In this document: piece after piece, positions 47,890 through 60,278 of the stretch | Numbering within the stretch: the first letter of the stretch is position 1 | Layout: each line of letters opens with the position of its first letter | Origin: Felis catus | Taxonomy: Eukaryota | NCBI RefSeq assembly: GCF_018350175.1 | Contig: NC_058368.1 | Span: 50,035,815-50,099,814, forward strand | DNA length: 64,000 nucleotides | Direction: 5' to 3' | Program-made: the position numbers and the translations under genes | Notes under the pieces: model-generated | Databases searched by the model: none | Told to the model about the DNA's origin: nothing | The model's input: only the letters and a program-made list of their open reading frames with translations

Positions 47890-50663
47890 TATGATGACTT
47901 TTTCTGATAATACTTCATATGTAAGGGATTGTCTGTATGTTGCATTTGTGAGTATTTACTTTAAAATTACACTTAAAACTGGATGTTTAATTTTAGTAAA
48001 TGAAAAGTTTTGATAAGTCTGTTTGACATGTGCTCTTTAAGCGAAACTAGGAGGTTTTTCTAAGCCAAACTGTGACTGAGAAGAATGTTTTTAAGAAGCT
48101 TTAAAAAATTAGTTTTGCTTCAGGTAATGTGAAAATAGCCAAAATATCTCACTGTTTATGACCCAATGACCCAATGTTTGAAGCATTATTCATCCCATCA
48201 GTCTCCAGGGTGTGTGTTGGGTAGAGGATGTTTGTTCAGTTTAGTTTCAAAATGTGGAATGGTTTATCACAAGAAAAAATGCATGATTTGTTCGGTCTTG
48301 GCCTGACTCACTGTTAAATGTAATAGGAAATGTTTCATATCATGTAGAGGTCATCTTTGTAGCCAGCTGACCTCCATGTCCTCCTGTTAGCTTTTGTTAC
48401 TGCCCAAGATGGAGGAATTTTGGTCATGGTGCTCAGTACTTGGTCTCCTGGACTGGTGCCCATACTTCCTCCCAGACCTTTCCACTCTGCCCTCTGGAAC
48501 AATTCTGTGGTATCAACTTCTGTCCCTTCCTCAGCCTTCTCTTTGCTTCCTTTTCATGTGAGACCTAGTCCTCTTTTTCTCCTGTAGCCTTCCCCAGTAC
48601 ACTTTGCTCTTTCTCACACCCTGCATACTCCCCGGGCTGGAAGCAGTGGCCACTTCCAGGCGAACTGAAAAGTGTACATAGAAATATCTATGCCTTATAC
48701 CACGGGCTTACCTATCCAGTACCCTCCTCCTCATTACTATGCTGACTTATTTTTGTTCCTCTTTATTCAGTGAGGCCTTGAGCTGCTGCCTCACTATTTT
48801 TATTCCACCCTAACCCTGCCATATAGATACACTGTGGACCAGGAGGGAGGGCTGATCAAGTCCTCTCACCTCCAAAACCATGTCTTTTCACTTCTACTCC
48901 AGCCTCTTTTTTTGATGTCCTAATCCTGGATGTTGTTATTTCGTGAGAGACCTTCACTTTTGCATTGCTACATCCCAGCGTCTCACTCTGCAGCCTGCTC
49001 GGTGTCTTACCTTGCAGCTTCAGCTAAACCTACTTAGTCAACACCTCTTTACTTTCTTCCTTCTTACCAGCCTCCTGTCTTTCCCTCCCTTGTTTGCTTA
49101 GCATAGTCTGCACAGTCTAAAGTAAGCCCCTTTCTTGACCGTGCCTTCAAACCTGCTGTGTTGTCCTCTCACACCTACCTGGGAAAACCCAGCTGTTGAC
49201 AGTCTGCTCAGGTCTGCTTGGTCTGCACTAGCTGTGGACCACCTGGACCCTTGTTCTTTGGAGTGGCTCATAAGCCAACAGACACCAGCAAATTTCAGGG
49301 CTGTTAGCCCACTCAGTGTCTCTTATTTAAAAGGTTACTTACCTGTGGCCTGCAGGAGTTCTACAATCACCTAATTCTTCTCTAGTTGCTTTAGGGTCCG
49401 GCATGCGTGCATATAGCTATTCATGTTCCCTCTGGTTAGCCAGGCAATTTTAGCTCTTTTGACCTGGAGTTTCACTTCATCCCAGATATCAAATGGCTGT
49501 GCCTTTCCAAATAATGTCTTCCTGGGGAATAACCTCTCTCCAGGCGATTGAATGCATTTTGTCAAGGCTTAAAGAAGGCAGGTAACACTGGTAACCTTCA
49601 GTCTTATCTTGACTTCAGACTTTGATTAGATCATTAAAGAGGGCCTTTTAGGCAAATGTGAAGTAGATCAGAGCATTTCTCCCAGACAAGCTAGAGTTAA
49701 TAAGGCACTGTGGGCACTCTTGTGTAATCTGGTCTGCTCATTCTGAGGGTTAAGCATACATTTTTATAGTAGCTGTAACTTTGCTTAATTTCTCATGTAG
49801 AGATGCTAGGAACTGGCATGTACAAGTCTTCCTCATTCATAGCCAGAGCTATCATTTTGGGTCAAGTGCATGGGTAGCTGAATTACCTGGTCTTTTGTGG
49901 TTATTAATACAGTCATCTGGAGAATCAGCTTACGGTTCAAAAAAGTAACATTCATTTTCATGTCATAGACAGTGGTCATTCTCATCGGCAAAAGCACTTA
50001 TTAAACAACCACATTTTGAAAAATGTACAAATACAGCTGGGTAAATAATGAAGGCAATTTTAAGTCTTTTTTTGTGTAGTACTGACATTTGTTCTATTAT
50101 TAGCTTGTTTGTGGAAAAGAGGCTTTCATTGTGTGGCCATTAAGGAATTCATCAAAATTTCATATCGCCTATGTGTGTCCCCATTGTCTGTGGCTGCCAT
50201 CTGGCTCTGCTTTTGATGGGGGATGATAATTATTTCATACAGCACTGCCAGTCCTCCTGACTACCTTCACTGAGTCTGTTTGCCTTCTCCTCCAGCTTTT
50301 CCATCTTCTGACTCCATTCCCTGTTCCAGGTTGTAGACTAGCTATCGTCCTCTGTTAGGGGAGGCAAAGGGTAGTTGATGCTGGCTCTTGGCTTTTCCCT
50401 TTTCCCTCAAGATATTGGGTAGGCCTCTCAGGCACTCCGAGTGTTTTCCACATCATAGGTACCACCTGTCTGATCTGGGACTCTTCTTTCTGAGTTGTGG
50501 CCTGAGAGTCAGTGAGGCTGGCTGGCTTGCCCAGCCTCTCCTTTTCCTGGCTGCCTTCTGTGGATGTCAGGCAGTAGCCTGGTCTTGCCCGTCTCATCAT
50601 CCCTAACTTTTTTTTTTTTTCAGAAAGTCAAAGTCTTTTTCCCGAGCTGTGCTCTGAAAAAAA

Positions 50664-50691
50664 ATTTTTTTTTAATTTAATGTTTGTTTAT

Positions 50692-50736
<45 letters not shown>

Positions 50737-50902
50737 ATGAGCAGGGGAGAGGCAGAGAGAGAGGAAGACACAGAATATGAAGCAGGCTCCAGGCTCTGAG
50801 CTGTCAGCACAGAGCCTGATGTGGGGCTTGAACTCACGAGCTGTGCCATCATGACCTGAGCCAAAGTTGGACACTTAACCGACTAAGCCACCAAGGCACC
50901 CC
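50664..50902 (-). mobile_element. Can-SINE
   Basis: Full antisense copy with long (GA)n. Confidence 0.95.
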
Positions 50903-52185
50903 TGGGGTGTGCTCTTTTAGTCTCTGAATCTGAATTAACCGTTCTCTATAATACCTCAAGCAACAGTTTCTCTTTTCTTTTAACCTTTGGCTTTAGAGGA
51001 AGTTAATTATTTCTTATTACTTACAAGTACTGGTGTTCAGTGGGAAGGGAGAGAGAAGATGTGTAGAACCTTGACGTCAGTTGCTCACTTCAGTAAAGTT
51101 TCTGTGTAGCACAGAAGAAAAGTAACTACATAATGACAGAATGGCTCAACTCTGAGTTAGTGGATCAGAAAATCAGTGTCACAAAGATGTAGAGGTAGAA
51201 GGAATCTTTGTGGAGCAGTAGTGTTTGGGGAAGACATTTTACTTTAATGGAGGGATGAACATATTGGAGGACATGGAATTTTTGTGTTCAGGCAGAATCA
51301 AGGATTTCTGTGTGAGAATCCAGGGGAGAAAGGCTGAAGGCAGATAGGAAGGCCTTATTCTATAGACCAAATGGACCTTTGGAAGATTTTGAGCAGTGTT
51401 TTTTTTGTGACAAAAAGCTTATTTTGATTTTTAAGGAGCAATAGGCAGGCATTGAAGGAGAGTGGATGCAAAGGAGGTTAATTTAGGCAGTGCAGTCAGT
51501 ATGAGATAGTGAAATGTTACATCTGCCAGACAAGAAGGCTAGACCTTGGTGGAGAGAAGTACACAGACCTGGATGGACAGGGAAGGTACATTCTGATGCT
51601 TTGAGTCTGGGCATCTGGGAGAATGTTGGTATCATGATTTCAATAGTGAATTGAGGTGTGGCAGTTGAGTGTTGGGTGAGAGGGTGAGGTCTATTTTACA
51701 TGCTGGCTCTGTGGTGATATAAGCGTGCTCAAGAGGAAATGCTCAACTGGGAGCCATGAATGTGGGGCCGGAGGGACGTCCCAGGTAGGACCTGAGTTGT
51801 ACACGTAGGACGACCTGCTTGGAGTTTATATTGGAATGAACAAAGTTTAGAAGGTGGAGGAAGAGCTCTGAGTAGGTGAGCTGAAGAAGAATTTGAAGGA
51901 GGGAGTGGTTGGCAGGTTAAGCTTCACAGTTTCGAGGAGGGTGAAGTAATCATGAGAAAGCTTCCAGATTAACCATGCTTGCCTGCCTCCCACACATCCT
52001 GTCACACCCAACTGCTCTCTGCTATGGATCCTCCTGAGTTTTGCCTGAACACCCAGGCAGAGATCTTCAGTTTGTTATGATTGGCTGTCAGCCTGTATTA
52101 TCTCCCTTCTGGAGTGTAGTTCTAGGCTTGGAGAGCAGAATCCATCTGTAAACTAAACCCAGAAGTCTCATAGGACCCAGATTCT

Positions 52186-52220
52186 TGTGCTCCCTGGTAC
52201 GATGTGCTCCCTGGTACGAT
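52186..52220. repeat. Perfect 17-bp tandem duplication
   Basis: tgtgctccctggtacga occurs twice. Confidence 0.95.
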
Positions 52221-52717
52221 ACCAGAGTAGAGAGTAGACATCCTGACCATTGAGAGGAGGAATCATGGAAATCTCACCCAATCAAGGTGAATTACATATG
52301 TTTGGCCTAGAACATTTTCTGTATCTGGGGTTTGCTTTCTCCAGAAGCGCAGATAAGTCCATTCTGGAGCATTTTATTGTGGTAGAAATTTGTTCCATGA
52401 GTAGGCCCCAAATCTACAGTTATACAGACTGCATACTTTAATGTGCAAATATTTCCACTAAAAGTCTCAGCATGTATTTGTGCGTTTCAAAGTCAGTTTT
52501 ATAGAAACACATCCAGAAGCTCTTATAGAATTAACAAAGGAGACAACCTTGTGATATTAACATTTAAAAAACAATCAGCTTTATTGAGGTATAATTGATA
52601 AATAAAATTATAAGGTATTTATTTTTCCTTTTCACCAAATGTATCTTGGTTTTGTGTTAAAGTATTTTGTTGTATTTTTTATGTACTTGGATCTAGCCAT
52701 TAAAAATAGAGGACACT

Positions 52718-52945
52718 GGGGGCGCCTGGGTGGCCCAGTCGGTTAAGTGGCTGACTTTGGTTCAGGTCATGAACTTGCAGTTTGTGGGTTTGAACCCTGT
52801 GTTGGGCTCTGTGCTGACAGCTCAAAGCCTGGAGACTGCTTCGGATTCTGTATATCCCTCTCTCTCTGCCCCTACCCCACTCGCACTCCGTCTCTCAAAA
52901 AAAAAAAAAAAAAAAAAAACCAACCAAAAAAACCCTATTAAAACA
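52718..52945 (+). mobile_element. Can-SINE with long polyA
   Basis: Head, CT tract, long A run; TSD aaaa(t/a)agaggaca. Confidence 0.95.
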
Positions 52946-53140
52946 GTGAAAAAAAGAGGACAGTATTTCCAGGGCTGGTTTATACCTTTACCCTACCAAG
53001 AACATGCCAGCAGGGGGTAGCAGAGAACAGGAACTAATTTCCCACTTGTTTTCCTTAGACTTCTAATAAAGAGCCAAAGCATTTGGAGCTGGGAGACGCT
53101 GTGGTGATTTATTACAAATGCTTTTTCTTCTCTTATCTAT

Positions 53141-53362
53141 TCTTTTCTTTTTTAAAGTTTATTTATTTATTTATTTTGAGAGAGAGAAAGAACACAAGTG
53201 GGGAGTGGCAGAGGGAGAGAGAGGGAGAGAAAGGATCCCAAGCCGACTCTGTGCTATCAGCATAGAGCCTGATGTGGGGCTGGAACTCATGAACCATGAG
53301 ATCATGACCTGAGCTGAAATCAAGAATGGGATGCTTAACCCACTGAGCCACCCAGTGCACCC
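53141..53362 (-). mobile_element. Can-SINE
   Basis: Antisense copy. Confidence 0.9.
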
Positions 53363-53659
53363 TCATTCTTTTTCTTATAAGGAAATCAAGACTCATAAGA
53401 ACCCCATGGTTTAATAGTAAAACCATGTTTATCTGAGACCATTCTTGGCAAGACACAGTAAAGGTGCTTCTAAAAATGGTGAACTTCTGGGTGTCAACGC
53501 TGGCAGTTTGAATCAGGACCTCTTAGAGAAAGGCCTGGGTTGTTCTATAAGCACCATAGGTGATTCTTCTACACGCTAAATTCTGAGTCCACAAGCAAGA
53601 GTCCTTCCTACAGGGCAGGAGTTGTCCTAGGCCTTGAGGATAAAGTGAAAAACCTCACA

Positions 53660-53975
53660 TAGTTTCGAAGGGACATGCCTGCAGGGGCCAGCCAGGTTGT
53701 GTATATGAACGAGAAAGGGCAAGGGTCAGCTGATATGGCAGCATAGGGTTGTCACTGTCTGGAGAGTGTGTACTCCCCCCGGCCTGTCATGGACTCAGGG
53801 GCAGCCTGTTGGGGCTGTGAGGTAATGCATGCCCAGTGTGGTCAGATGGTTTCTTTTTTAAAGAGAAGTTAGCAATCTAGAACTTAGTTTTCTGTTTCCC
53901 AACTTGAACATGTTGTGTGGGCCAAACAAAACATGTCTACAGGTTGGAGTCAGCTTATGGGCTTTGATAATCTCC
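53660..53975. mobile_element. MER102-like hAT element
   Basis: caggggccagccagg...ctggagagtgtg...gcccagtgtggtcagat...gggccaaacaaaacatgtc. Confidence 0.65.
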
Positions 53976-54344
53976 TTTAGGAACTTAGGCTGGTAGGTGA
54001 GTCATAAATGTGAATACACATTTGCCATTAGGTGCTGTGAATGTCAGGAGGTAAACGGGGCAGTGGGGCAGAAGGAGCCATCAATACTGCTTGAGGGAAG
54101 TCATGCTGACTTCCTGAGGTCCAGTTCTCAAGATTACCGATAATTTTTTTGAGTAAAACAATCTCATTCATTCTTTGGGGCAGAGTCTTCCCTCTGTTTC
54201 CCTAAAAGGGAACACACATACCACTCTTTTTATGTCTCAATATATCAGAATAGCGTTAAAAAATTATTCTCAGTGCTTCAGCCTTTGTAGCCTTGAAACA
54301 CAGGATTCCAATAAAGAGAAATGAAATTATTAGCCAAGGACTTT

Positions 54345-54572
54345 CTTTTTTCTTTTTTTTTTTTAAGGTTTATTTATTTTTGAGAGAGAGAGAAAGAAAG
54401 AGAGAGTGCACAAGCAGGGGAGAGGCAGAGAGAGGGGGAGAAACAGAATCCGAAGCAAGCTCCAGGCTCCCAGCTGTGAGCTCAGAGCCTGATGTGGGGC
54501 TCAAACTCATGAACGGTGAGATCATGACAACCAAAGTTGGACGCTTAACTGACTATGCCACCCAGGCGCTCC
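54345..54572 (-). mobile_element. Can-SINE
   Basis: Flanked by ag(c/t)caaggacttt. Confidence 0.95.
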
Positions 54573-54585
54573 AGTCAAGGACTTT

Positions 54586-54842
54586 TTATTTATTTATTTA
54601 TTTTTTATTTTATTATTATTATTTTTTTAATTTTTCTTTAACATTTATTTATTTTTGAGACAGAGAGAGACAGAGCATGAACGGGGGAGGGGCAGAGAGA
54701 GAGGGAGACACAGAATCGGAAACAGGCTCCAGTCTCTGAGCAGTCAGCCCAGAGCCCGACGCGGGGCTCAAACTCACGGACCGCGAGATCGTGACCTGGC
54801 TGAAGTCGGACGCTTAACCGACTGCGCCACCCAGGCGCCCCC
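54586..54842 (-). mobile_element. Young SINEC_Fc-type Can-SINE
   Basis: CpGs retained; gactgcgccacccaggcgcccc head; long tail. Confidence 0.95.
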
Positions 54843-54899
54843 AGCCAAGGACTTTTTAAATGAATAAGTAGGTGTATTATGGAGCCATCAGAATATCTA

Positions 54900-55077
54900 C
54901 TTTTTAAAACTTTACTTTGGGGGCAGGGATGGGCAGAGAGAGAGGGAGAGAGAGAGAATCCCAAGCAGGCTCCGAGCTGTCAGCACCGAGCCCGATGCAG
55001 GGCCTGATCCTCAGAGCTGTGAGATCAGAACCTGAGCAGAAACCAAGAGTTGGGCACTTAATCAACTGAGGCGCCCC
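54900..55077 (-). mobile_element. Can-SINE with deletions
   Basis: Degenerate TSD ag(a/c)atat(c/t)tactttt. Confidence 0.85.
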
Positions 55078-55719
55078 AGCATATTTACTTTTGACATGAA
55101 TAAACTGGAAGCTTTGTTAAGATCTGTTAAGGCCATGGAGAGAATCTAGGGGAAACTTTGTTCCTGCAGGTTGTTTGAGGAAAACTGATTTCCTAACCAT
55201 TCTGTTGTTGGGACTGTAATTACTTTACAGCAGGAGTTAATGTGGAAGTGTATAAGCTCATTTTCTGTGGCCCTCTTTGTTGCACTCTAAGTGTGTGTTC
55301 TGCTTTGAAACCATATAAGTAAAGCAAATGATCTAAAAAGGGCATAGATGCACATAAGAAAACTTAGGGTTGTGGCATTATTTAGATACAATGCAAAGAT
55401 GACACATTTAAAAACCAGAAGATAGATACTATTATATAAGAGGAAAAATCATAATTTAATACTCGAACATGTCTGTGTCAGGTAGAGGAAACTCCACTTT
55501 GGAAGCTTAGATTTATTTCTGTGAAATTACATGTAACTTTTTAAGGGAGGTGGGCATTTAGAGTACAGAAATTACTTTATTGGCTTAACTCATATTGATT
55601 GTCTTTTGTGTATGCGGTATGGATAGTGTCTAAGGCCTTTTAGAACCATCTTTTTAAAAGTCATCTGTATTAACTTTCAGTAAAATGCACAAATGTCTAG
55701 GTGTACAATTTTTTTAAAG

Positions 55720-56270
55720 AGCATATTTATTGAGCTATAATTCATATACAATTCACTTTTTAAAGTATACAATTCGTTGTTGTTGTTACTGTTTTTTGGT
55801 GTATTCACAGAGTTGTGCAACCATCACCACTGTTTAATTTCAGAATATTGTCATCCTTCCAAAAGAAACCTTATACACATTAACGGTCACTCCCCATTCT
55901 TCTCTTCCCCTAACCTTCTGGCAACCGCTAATCTACTTTCTGTCTCTCTGGATTTGCCTATTCTGGACATTTCGCATAAAATGGAATCACACAATATGTA
56001 ATTTTTTTGTGTCTGGCTCTTTTCCTTTAGCTCTGTGTTTTTCAGGGTTTCTCCATGTTGTATCATGTATTAGTACTTTGTTCCATTTTATGGCTGAATG
56101 ATACTCCACTGTATGGTTATGCTGTATTCTATTTATTCATTCATCCATTGGTGAACATTTGGATTTTTTTATTCTTTGGCTAATATAAGTAATGCTGCTG
56201 TGAACATTCATATATAAGATTTTGTGTGGGCATGTTTTTATTTCTCTTGGGTATATGCTTAGGAATATAT
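55720..56270 (-). mobile_element. L1 (MB-like) 3' fragment
   Basis: tttattgagctataattcatatac...gtattcacagagttgtgcaaccatcaccac...ggatttgcctattctggacattt. Confidence 0.9.
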
Positions 56271-58124
56271 TATAACTGTCTCTTGTTTCCTAGAAATTCA
56301 TTGCTGAGTGGAAGGAAGATTGACAAGTGGGTCAGAAGGACTGAAGTGTTAGCTTGCCATAGGAATCCATCAAGAATCATTTAGGGAACTCCTGTGTTAG
56401 TGCTCACCTCAGCTCCATTCCTTAATACCAAACTTACACAGGCGACTAAAGCATATCATTGGTGCCAGGGGATGTAACTATCAATTTGAAGTTCATATAA
56501 AAGAAGTAGTGACTCTTACCTGTAATATAGACACACTATTTCCCCAAATGAATGTTTCCCACAGTGATGACTCTCATAGTAATTCTCTGGGAGATAAGCA
56601 GATAATTGTTGAGACTTGCTAATGTGTATGTGAGACATTTCTGGAAAAAAGAACATCTCTTGACTCTTGACAACCCATGATTATATTAAGCATTTGAACT
56701 ATACTTAAAATATCCTGATAATGGATGTTCACATCTACGTGTGCCTTGTGTGCTAGTTATTTGAAAACTCCTTGATCTGGAAAAAACTAATAATTTATAT
56801 ACTAGGCTAGGCTTTTTGTAGACTTTTTTTCCCCTTGGAATATTTTCCTTATTGTCTGCAACAGCATAAATTGGAGTATGAACCTGTATCTATAGACAAA
56901 ATGTACTTTATACTTTACCCTTTGGAAGTAGTTTTTGTGATTGGTAACTGAACAAAGTATAGCTGTAAAACCTGAGCACATGTGTGATGTTTTCAGTGAA
57001 CTTAACTAGCTGCTGACAGGTTCTCTTGGATTTGGTATCTAGATGAAACCTGGCACATAAATGGTCAGCCCTGAAGCAAATCTTCCTCTTCCCTTGCTTT
57101 TATTTAGTTCTTTCCAGTTGCTTTTCATTTTTGGCTTATTAATAATTGGTTAAGCCAAGATTATTTGAGACTGTATGCTAAGAGTTAGTAATCGTATAGG
57201 GAAGTGGCCACTTCTGGAGCAGAAATTATGTTTAAACTCATTTTTTTTGCACTTCTAAATCTGAGTATAGTTGACATTTGGCCTGATGATGATTGAGTGA
57301 GAATTTTGAGTGTTTATAATGATAGTTGGCTCTTAATTATCTGGGAATGCAACTGGGAGCTTTGCATTTTGCTCTTTTTCCTTCCTGGCTTTATGAGGAC
57401 CTGTGGGCCCTTCCCAAGAGAAGGTGAAGTGGGAGGTGTAACTTATGTGAACCACTGAGACTCAGGGCTTAAGGGAACCATGGGGGTAGGAAAAAGGTTT
57501 AGATTTTTGACCATTCAGAGACTTTTGGATTCCATTTAGAATTCGGTGATCTGTGCAATTCTGATTACCACTATTTTGGAAGACTGAGATTTAGCTTTGG
57601 ATTGGCTATCAAGTGATATTAGTATTGGCAAAAACAGTCCTAGTATACTCCAGGATATTATGTAGTACAATGCCAAATCTTAAGAGAGGCCAGTGACTTG
57701 AGAATTATGTTGCTTAAAGCAATATTATTTGCTGAATATACAATATAAGTTAACCAAGAACATGCTGTAATTCAGAGGGTTAATCACATTTTAGAGAGAT
57801 GCCCCGGCTTAAAATAGCATTTGGGGTATGCATTTCAAAACAGGGTTAGATTTTTAAAGAGGGATTTCCGAGAATTGCTTCATCTCAACTTTTTATATTC
57901 CTAGTGCCAAGCGCCACGCCAGGTATGTGCATAGCAACTGTCATTACATGATTTTTGAGTGAATAACTGGGTACTTTCTTAGTATCTCTGTTAAAATTAA
58001 GAAATAGTTTAAATGGAAAGTTAAATTAAAACATATTGTTTAGTCTGGATAAAATTTCAGGTAGCAAATCCGTAGTGGTGACAAGTTCTCAATTTTTAAC
58101 ATTTCGTCCAGGAATATTCCCTTT

Positions 58125-58695
58125 AAATTTTTTTTTTTTTTTTTTTTTAAATTCTCAGGTTAGTTAACATACAGTGTAATCTTGGCTTCAGGAGTAGAAT
58201 CCAATGATTCAGTACTTACATATAACACCTAATGCTTATCCCAACAAGCGCCCTCCTTAATGCCTATCGCCCACTTTCCCCACCCAACCTACTCTGCCAC
58301 CCCCATCAAACCTTCTAGTTTGTTCCCTGGATTTAAGAATCTCTAATGGTTTGCCTCCCTCTCTGCTTTTATCTTGTTTTTTTCTTTCCCTTCCCCTATG
58401 ATCATCTGATAAGTTTCTCAAATTCTACATATGAGTGAAATCATGTGATATCTGTCTTTCTGATTGACTTATTTCGCTTAGCGTAACATCCTCCAGTTCC
58501 ATTTATGTTATGGCAAATGGCAAGATCTCATTCTTTTTCATCGCCGAGTAGTATTCCATTATATACGTACACCACATGTTCTTAATCCATTCATCAGTTG
58601 ATGGACATTTGGGCTCTTCCCATAATTTGGCTATTGTTGATAGCGCTGCTATAAACATTGGGGTGCATGTGCCCCTTCAAGTCAGCACTCCTGTA
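58125..58695 (-). mobile_element. 5'-truncated carnivore L1
   Basis: 3'UTR and ORF2 end; perfect 16-bp TSD caggaatattcccttt at 58109-58124 and 58696-58711. Confidence 0.95.
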
Positions 58696-59824
58696 CAGGA
58701 ATATTCCCTTTTGAAAAGGTGTATCACTAGAGTGATATGTTTTCATAGATCCCTGTGTTTATCCTTCAACTATTGACAAAACTAGAATGGGTTAGCTCTT
58801 GTGCAGTAGAAGGCTACTTTAATAAAGTGATATCAGGAATTGAGGTAGGTTCTTCCTCCAAAACACTCCCCACCCCCCTCCCATCACCCCCTACCCTACA
58901 CACTTGAAATGTAACCATCTGTTTGTTTTTGTTTTGTTTTGGTCTTGTTCTGTTTTGCTTAAAATGTTCGTAGTGTAAATACTCAAAGGAAGAGTAATAA
59001 TTAAATTTCACATAAGTGACTAGTATGTGTACACTGTATTTCAACCAATGGGAAGTTGGGTAAGACAGTTCTGCCCTGGAGACTGTGCAGTGTAGACTGG
59101 CATGGCCAGGGCATAGGTTCCCGATTACATTGTAGAGTTCACTCCATGCTGTGATAAATGATAGACATTGGGACTTGATTCTCAACTCCTGTTAGGTAGG
59201 GAGCTACTTACTGACCTGGATCTCAACCCAAGCAACCATATTGTAACTTAGTTTCCTCATGTAAAAATGGGCTAAAAGCTCCTACCACATAGGGTTACTG
59301 AGCCAATGAAGGGAGATTGTGCACGAAGTAAGCAGAGTAAGTGTTGGCTGTCAAAATCCGGGTACCTGATTCACAGCAGAGAAGACTGAGGCCTGGGGAC
59401 AATCAGAGACTCACTCTTGATTATACAAAGGAGCCTAAGGTTCCAGTCTCATCTTCTTTGTCTCCAAGTTCCTTTCTATTTGGGACACAGTATTAGGGTA
59501 GTTTCAAAAGAACAGGGCCCATCCTTTTAGGAAGAACTGGCTTCTCTAACAATGTGAATAACCTTTTCAATAATTTTACTCCAGGAAAGGAGCTAGGAGG
59601 TAGACATTTGTTTTATTTAAATTATGTTTAGTTTCTACCTAAAGCTTTTGATTGTGCACCTCAGTCCTTGTGTTTGTAAGTTTTTGGCATGTGTGACCAG
59701 TAAGATCTGTCAAAGTTATTGTATCATTAACCATGATAGAGACAACTAATGGGATATAAAAATTGGACCTGTATTGTGGAGTTGTCGGGATCATGTAGCA
59801 GTTGCTTCAAAAATGAATTAAAAA

Positions 59825-60036
59825 ATTTTTTTATGTTTATTTATTTTTGAGACAGAGAGAGACACAGCACGGGCAGGGGAAGGGAAGAGAGAGAGGGAGA
59901 CACAGAATTGGAAGCAGGCTCCAGGCTCTGAGCTGTCAGCACAGAGCCCGACACGGGGCTCGAACTCATGAACTGTAAGTTCATGACCTGAGCTGAAGTC
60001 GGACGCTTAACCGACTAAGCCATCCAGGTGCCCCCC
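59825..60036 (-). mobile_element. Can-SINE
   Basis: TSD ttcaaaaatgaatt. Confidence 0.95.
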
Positions 60037-60055
60037 TTCAAAAATGAATTGTAAT

Positions 60056-60278
60056 GGGAGTGCCTGGGTGGCTCAGTCGGTTAAGCGTTCGACTTCTGCT
60101 CAGGTCATGATCTTGCGGTTTGTGGGTTTGAGTCTCGTGTCAGGCTCTGTGCTGACAGCTCAGAGCCTGGAGCCTGCTTCAGATTCTGTGTGTGACTCTC
60201 TCTCTCTCTGCCCCTCTCCTGCTCACGGTGTCTCTGTCTCTCTCTCTCTCAAAAATAAACATCAAAAAAATTAAAAAA
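60056..60278 (+). mobile_element. Can-SINE
   Basis: Head-to-head with the previous copy. Confidence 0.95.
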
